Shown: positions 59,707 through 64,000 of the stretch, in pieces
Layout: each line of letters begins with the position of its first letter
How positions within the stretch are numbered: the stretch's first letter is position 1
NCBI GenBank assembly: GCA_963663545.1
Contig: OY760505.1
Span: forward strand, 448,001-512,000
From: Candidatus Delongbacteria bacterium
Lineage (GTDB): Bacteria > CAIWAD01
Direction: 5' to 3'
Length of the DNA stretch: 64,000 nucleotides
The notes under the pieces: model-generated
Told to the model about the DNA's origin: nothing
Database searches by the model: none
Seen by the model: the letters and a program-made list of their open reading frames with translations, nothing else
Translations under genes and position numbers: made by a program

Positions 59707-62049
59707 TTACTTGACCAGCACCAGCTTCTGAGACAGCGTGTGATGCTCACCCTGCAGACGGGCGAAATACACACCACTGGCCAGCGCGCTGGCGTCAAAG
59801 ACGGCTTCCATCTCACCACCCGTGGCAGAGCCCTCAAAGAGGGTGACCACTTCCTGACCCTGCAGGTTGAAGACCTTCAGGCTGACCTGCTCACCAGCGG
59901 CGGCAGCGTAGCGCAGTGTGGTCGTCGGGTTGAAGGGGTTCGGGAAAGCGGGGCTCAGCGAGAAGAGCTCGGGCTGGGCCACAGGCTGCTCGACACTGTC
60001 GAACCACTCGACGTTGGCGAACATCTGCAGCTCACGGGCCTGGATGCCTTCAGAGAAGCTCAAGTCATAGTCGCCCATGGCGTAGTGACCACCGTTCCAG
60101 ATCATCGGTCCGCCCAGCGGGAAAGGATATCCATCGGGCAACACGACCTCAACCCAGAAGTCACCGGCGATTTCCACGGCGGGCTCAACGGGCAACTCAA
60201 GCAGCACGGCTTGGCCACCGAACTGGTTCAGCGTGAAGCTGTCGTTCACCAGCACTTCACCGGGGGTACCTTCGTTGTCAGCATAGACCTTCAGGGTGAT
60301 GGGCACACCGGCGGTATCCTCATCGGGATCATAGAGGCCGACCACAACCGAGTTCAGTATAACGTTGGTCATGTTCAGTTCGCTCTCGCTGGCAACGAAC
60401 ATGACGGGATTGTCTTCCCAGTAATTGGCGGACTCGCCGTAGCAATAGCTCAGCACGTAGTCACCGGGCGCAAGCACTTCAATGGGGCTGACGTACATGG
60501 TGTCGTTTTCGGGAATGCTGTCCTCGGGATTGTCACAAGCAGCCTTCAGCTCGTGATCGGTGCCAGCAGCTGCGGGCGTCCACCTGGCCGTGGTGCCAGC
60601 TGTGGTCAGACTGGGTAGATCCACGCGGTCAGCGGGCCCCACCAGCTCGCTGTCGGCAAACAGCCAGCTCAGCACCTGCTCGTGATCGTTGGAGCCCATG
60701 TTGCCGATCTGCAGGAAAACCTCGGTCTCGAAACCTTCGGTACGCGGAAAGGCGGGAATCACTTGCAGCATAGCCAAGTCATTGGCCGCTACATCACTGG
60801 CAATAACTTCAAAATCGTCAATGAAGAGGCCTTCGCCAATGCCACCGTCATCGTCGTAATCGGTCTCAACACGGATGCGGATCTGGACATCCATGCCCGA
60901 ATACGCATTCAGGGACATGGCAATATTGCCGTTATACGGCGTCTGGGGTAGGTAGTGCTCCCAGGTCGTATATCCTGGACGTCCAGCATCGCGATAGTCA
61001 TAGAACATCGCGTCCCAGGTCAAACCGCCATCATCCGTAAGATCCACGCGATAGAGGTCTTCCACGTAGGTGTCATCGTTGCCGTCCGCATCCAGCATGT
61101 GGTTGTAGATCCAGAACTGGAACCAGCAATCCATGTCCTCGGGAATGCTGATGACCGGGGTCACCAGTGCGTCGGCCATACCATAAGCGGCAATGGGGCA
61201 ATGGGCAGAAGTGTTGGGGCTGTGAGAGTCTTCGGTAGTAAGCTCCCAAAAATCGCCAGCGCTGCCACCGGAAGCCTGAGTGAAGTCTTCGGGGATAGCG
61301 GTTCCATCGGCATCGTTGTCGAGCAGAGTGTCGGCACCATCGGTAATCAGCACATCGTCAATGATCATGCCCCAGATGTTGGCGTTGTTGCTGGTGTCAT
61401 AGGAACCATCCGCGCAGAAAGCCCAACGCACGACGATGTCGTGACCGACATAGCTGCTCAGATCAACACTCGCATCCACAAAGCTGGGGATGGTGCCGGC
61501 CCAGGCGGGAATGCCCGTGCCCATACCAAACTCGTTGCCAAAGGCGAAGGAGGAAGAGTAGCCGTAAGCGGGAGAGACGTTCTCGAGAACGACAAAGTCA
61601 CCGCCGTCCACGCTGATCCACATGTTGCAGGAATCCCAGCAATCGTAGCCGGTGGGCTCGTCGCCGGGGGCTTCGGTCGCGTAGCGCAGCTTGAAAGTCA
61701 ACGTTGGGCTGCTCAATGCGGACATGTCCATGCTCGGCGTATCCAGATACTGCAAAGTATGGCTGGCATATCCGTGCAAAGCCTCAACGCCCGACCACCA
61801 GGAATTGCCTTCGTAGGAATGGAAAGTACTGGAGTGCCAGGTGGGATCCACTGCGGCCACATCGACGGTGGTCCAGTCACCCAACCCGCTCTCGAAATCC
61901 TCAGAGAAAATCACGGTCTCCAGGCGGGAACCGTCGTTCGACGGCTGTCCGTTCATCCTGAAGGTCTTGTAGTGGTCGGCCTGCGGGGCTGCTGCCATGG
62001 CAGATCCGACAACAACACTAGCGATGCACAACGTGAGGGTTGCTCTCAT
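59707..62049 (-). CDS. Secreted acidic multidomain protein (MAM/immune inhibitor A-like beta sandwiches) with T9SS type A-like C-terminal domain
   Basis: Signal peptide; FSEDFESG, IIDDV/FIDDF; C-terminal FPNPFNPTT...ASGVYF...KLVLVK. Confidence 0.88.
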   Translation of the reverse strand: MRATLTLCIASVVVGSAMAAAPQADHYKTFRMNGQPSNDGSRLETVIFSEDFESGLGDWTTVDVAAVDPTWHSSTFHSYEGNSWWSGVEALHGYASHTLQYLDTPSMDMSALSSPTLTFKLRYATEAPGDEPTGYDCWDSCNMWISVDGGDFVVLENVSPAYGYSSSFAFGNEFGMGTGIPAWAGTIPSFVDASVDLSSYVGHDIVVRWAFCADGSYDTSNNANIWGMIIDDVLITDGADTLLDNDADGTAIPEDFTQASGGSAGDFWELTTEDSHSPNTSAHCPIAAYGMADALVTPVISIPEDMDCWFQFWIYNHMLDADGNDDTYVEDLYRVDLTDDGGLTWDAMFYDYRDAGRPGYTTWEHYLPQTPYNGNIAMSLNAYSGMDVQIRIRVETDYDDDGGIGEGLFIDDFEVIASDVAANDLAMLQVIPAFPRTEGFETEVFLQIGNMGSNDHEQVLSWLFADSELVGPADRVDLPSLTTAGTTARWTPAAAGTDHELKAACDNPEDSIPENDTMYVSPIEVLAPGDYVLSYCYGESANYWEDNPVMFVASESELNMTNVILNSVVVGLYDPDEDTAGVPITLKVYADNEGTPGEVLVNDSFTLNQFGGQAVLLELPVEPAVEIAGDFWVEVVLPDGYPFPLGGPMIWNGGHYAMGDYDLSFSEGIQARELQMFANVEWFDSVEQPVAQPELFSLSPAFPNPFNPTTTLRYAAAAGEQVSLKVFNLQGQEVVTLFEGSATGGEMEAVFDASALASGVYFARLQGEHHTLSQKLVLVK

Positions 62050-62252
62050 GTTGCCTCCTGCGGTTAAGATATGTTGTCCCGTTTGTTCACGATTCGAGTG
62101 GGGGGGGCTGTCTTGTACCCTTTGTAACACGGTTGATAATAGTGAACGGCAAGCCACAGCGCAATACTAAGCCTCTGTTAGAACAAGAAGGAAGCGTTGC
62201 TGGCAGCTTGCGCCCAAGTCTTTACCTTGTAGCCAGCAAACCAGAGGTGAAC

Positions 62253-64000
62253 ATGAATTCCAATCTACTGCGCCTGTTTCTGCTCGCCGCGACAGCGCTT
62301 TCGCTCCAGGCGGAACCCCTGGATGCAATTCTGGATGGCCCGCGCCCCGGATTGCGTGCCGCAGCGGACCGCGCCTGGTTGCTGGAGGAAACAGCCGATC
62401 TGCCCACACCCGTGTGGCCTCGCCCTCGCGCAGACTGGTTGCAGGGATCGCCCAGCCCGGCGCTATTGTGGCACCGTGCCGCCATGCCCTGGCGGCTGGA
62501 ACACGAGTACCGGCACACCGAGGGGTGGGAGGGCTTGCGCGAAGCCATGGCACGCATGCTCTCCAGCCAGGCGCCTGATAGCCTGGTGCTGGAGCCGGAA
62601 GGCCTGCTGGGATTGCACCACGAAGAGCTGCTGTTCAGTCTGGATCTGCGCTTGCCGATGGGCCACTTTGAGGCCGAGACGGACGCGGAAACGCGCTCAA
62701 TAGACGAAAGTGGCATCGGCGCCGACATGGAAGTCTTCTATGGCAACAGACTTGCCGCCTGGATGCGTTTTCGCGACGCGGGCTGGTCGGGGGATCTGGA
62801 GGTGCTCGATCATCCCGCCTTCACGCAGGATGACGAATGGGCCTGGGACCAGTACCAAGTTGGCACCAAAGATGTCAGCCACGACGAAACGCGCGCCGGG
62901 CTGGTATGGATGCCCTGGCGCAAGGAGCACTCGCGTCTGCTGTTGGGCCTGCAGCGGGAGCAGGTCCGTTGGGGTACGGGCCTGTTACGCACCGTGCTGA
63001 TCAACGGGGATCACGCGCCAGCCATGTCCACGGGCGGATTTCGTCTGGATGTGGGCCATTTCGATTTTCAATGGATGACGGCAGACCTGGAAAGCCGCGT
63101 GGCCGATTCGCTGAACGCGCGCACCGATGAGTCCGGTCTGACCAAGATTCCCTTTCGCGAAAAGTGGATGATCGCTCATCGGCTGGGTTGGCATAATCGC
63201 CACTTCAGCCTGGGCGTGGGCGAAATGATCATCATGGGCGATGAAGGCGTCGGCCTGGGCTATCTCAATCCGGTCAACTTCTACTGGAGCGAACAGCACG
63301 CGCGCGGCGATCGCGAAAACACCTTGCTGCTTTTCGATGCCCGAGTGCGCGTGCCCTCGCTTGTGCCCGGCCATTGGATGCTGAACGCGGAGCTGTCGGT
63401 CGACGACTACACCATGGCCGATTGGGGCGATGAACTGGAAGGCCAGAAGACGGCCAGTTTGCTGGGCTTCTCCGGCACGCCGCTGAAGACGAGCGCCGAT
63501 CATCTGGCGATGGAGTTTTTCGGTCTGCGCCTTCCGGGCATCAGTTGGCTGACACTGGAGCAGGTTCGCGTGCGCCCCTATTTCGGCACACACTTCTACG
63601 CTGTCAGCCGTCTGGATCACGGCCTGCGCTCGCTGGGTGCCTGGGAGCACCCCAACACGCGTATCACGGAATGGGAATGGCGGCACGAACTGCTGTTGAC
63701 TCCGCGCTTCCTCGCGGCCAACCAACTATTGTTGACAACGCGTATCACGGGCGGCCATCTGGTACACGGGCAAAACTATCTGGACGAGAACGGCACGCTG
63801 GTGAATGTGGGCGGCGATCGCTTCCTGCCCCATCGCGAGTGGGCCGACGTGCAAGAAAGCCCTTTCCTGGCGGGTGTGCTAGAGACCCACGATTGGCTGA
63901 CCTTCGGCCTGGGCCTCGACTGCGCCCTGATGATGCCGGGCAAGTGGATTCCGCTACTGGGACGTCAGCGCGATCTGGTGGATCTGGGGACACTGAGTTT
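62253..64000 (+). CDS. Wzi-like outer membrane (capsule assembly family) protein, partial
   Basis: Hand translation from ATG 62253 (GAGG RBS): MNSNLLRLFLLAATALSLQA...AHRL...YLNPVNFYWSEQH..GDREN; appears to run off the window end and is not in the ORF track. Confidence 0.7.
   Translation, partial: MNSNLLRLFLLAATALSLQAEPLDAILDGPRPGLRAAADRAWLLEETADLPTPVWPRPRADWLQGSPSPALLWHRAAMPWRLEHEYRHTEGWEGLREAMARMLSSQAPDSLVLEPEGLLGLHHEELLFSLDLRLPMGHFEAETDAETRSIDESGIGADMEVFYGNRLAAWMRFRDAGWSGDLEVLDHPAFTQDDEWAWDQYQVGTKDVSHDETRAGLVWMPWRKEHSRLLLGLQREQVRWGTGLLRTVLINGDHAPAMSTGGFRLDVGHFDFQWMTADLESRVADSLNARTDESGLTKIPFREKWMIAHRLGWHNRHFSLGVGEMIIMGDEGVGLGYLNPVNFYWSEQHARGDRENTLLLFDARVRVPSLVPGHWMLNAELSVDDYTMADWGDELEGQKTASLLGFSGTPLKTSADHLAMEFFGLRLPGISWLTLEQVRVRPYFGTHFYAVSRLDHGLRSLGAWEHPNTRITEWEWRHELLLTPRFLAANQLLLTTRITGGHLVHGQNYLDENGTLVNVGGDRFLPHREWADVQESPFLAGVLETHDWLTFGLGLDCALMMPGKWIPLLGRQRDLVDLGTLS

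Larger units (their letters stand above)
674..63748. repeat. Dispersed, highly iterated heptamer GTGWYAC / GTRWCAC
   Basis: About 150 occurrences counted by eye on both strands. Confidence 0.9.

Noticed and set aside
674-63748. GTGWYAC as a Chi/KOPS site, a CRP box or matS
   Set aside because: No strand polarity (about 46 versus 40 for the main pair), it is mostly intragenic, and it lacks the TGTGA-N6-TCACA or GTGAC-N3-GTCAC spacing.

Overview
A GC-rich (about 58% by eye) bacterial chromosomal segment with most genes on the minus strand. It carries housekeeping genes (ftcd, glgC, elbB, rny, nadA, pepA, ispH, dxs, typA, xth, argS, trmL) and several large secreted multidomain proteins (FG-GAP, peptidylarginine/agmatine deiminase-like, RCC1, S8 protease, and a MAM/InhA-like protein). 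It also has PAS and GAF sensor proteins, a Crp/Fnr-ferredoxin pair, a sigma54-controlled RND efflux operon and an ECF sigma/anti-sigma cluster. The 'PNPFNPTT' C-terminal domains suggest an FCB-related lineage such as Ca. Delongbacteria or Calditrichota (inference). I saw no rRNA, tRNA, CRISPR array or transposase. The strongest unexplained signal is the heptamer GTGWYAC (reverse complement GTRWCAC, often flanked Y...R). I counted about 150 copies by eye on both strands, in genes and intergenic DNA, and it coincides with otherwise rare codons in housekeeping genes. Second, three unrelated secreted proteins end in a shared 'L-x-W...Y-x-V...YRVxA' domain distinct from the T9SS-type C-terminal domain. 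Third, two homologous 11-bp arrays bracket the RCC1 gene.
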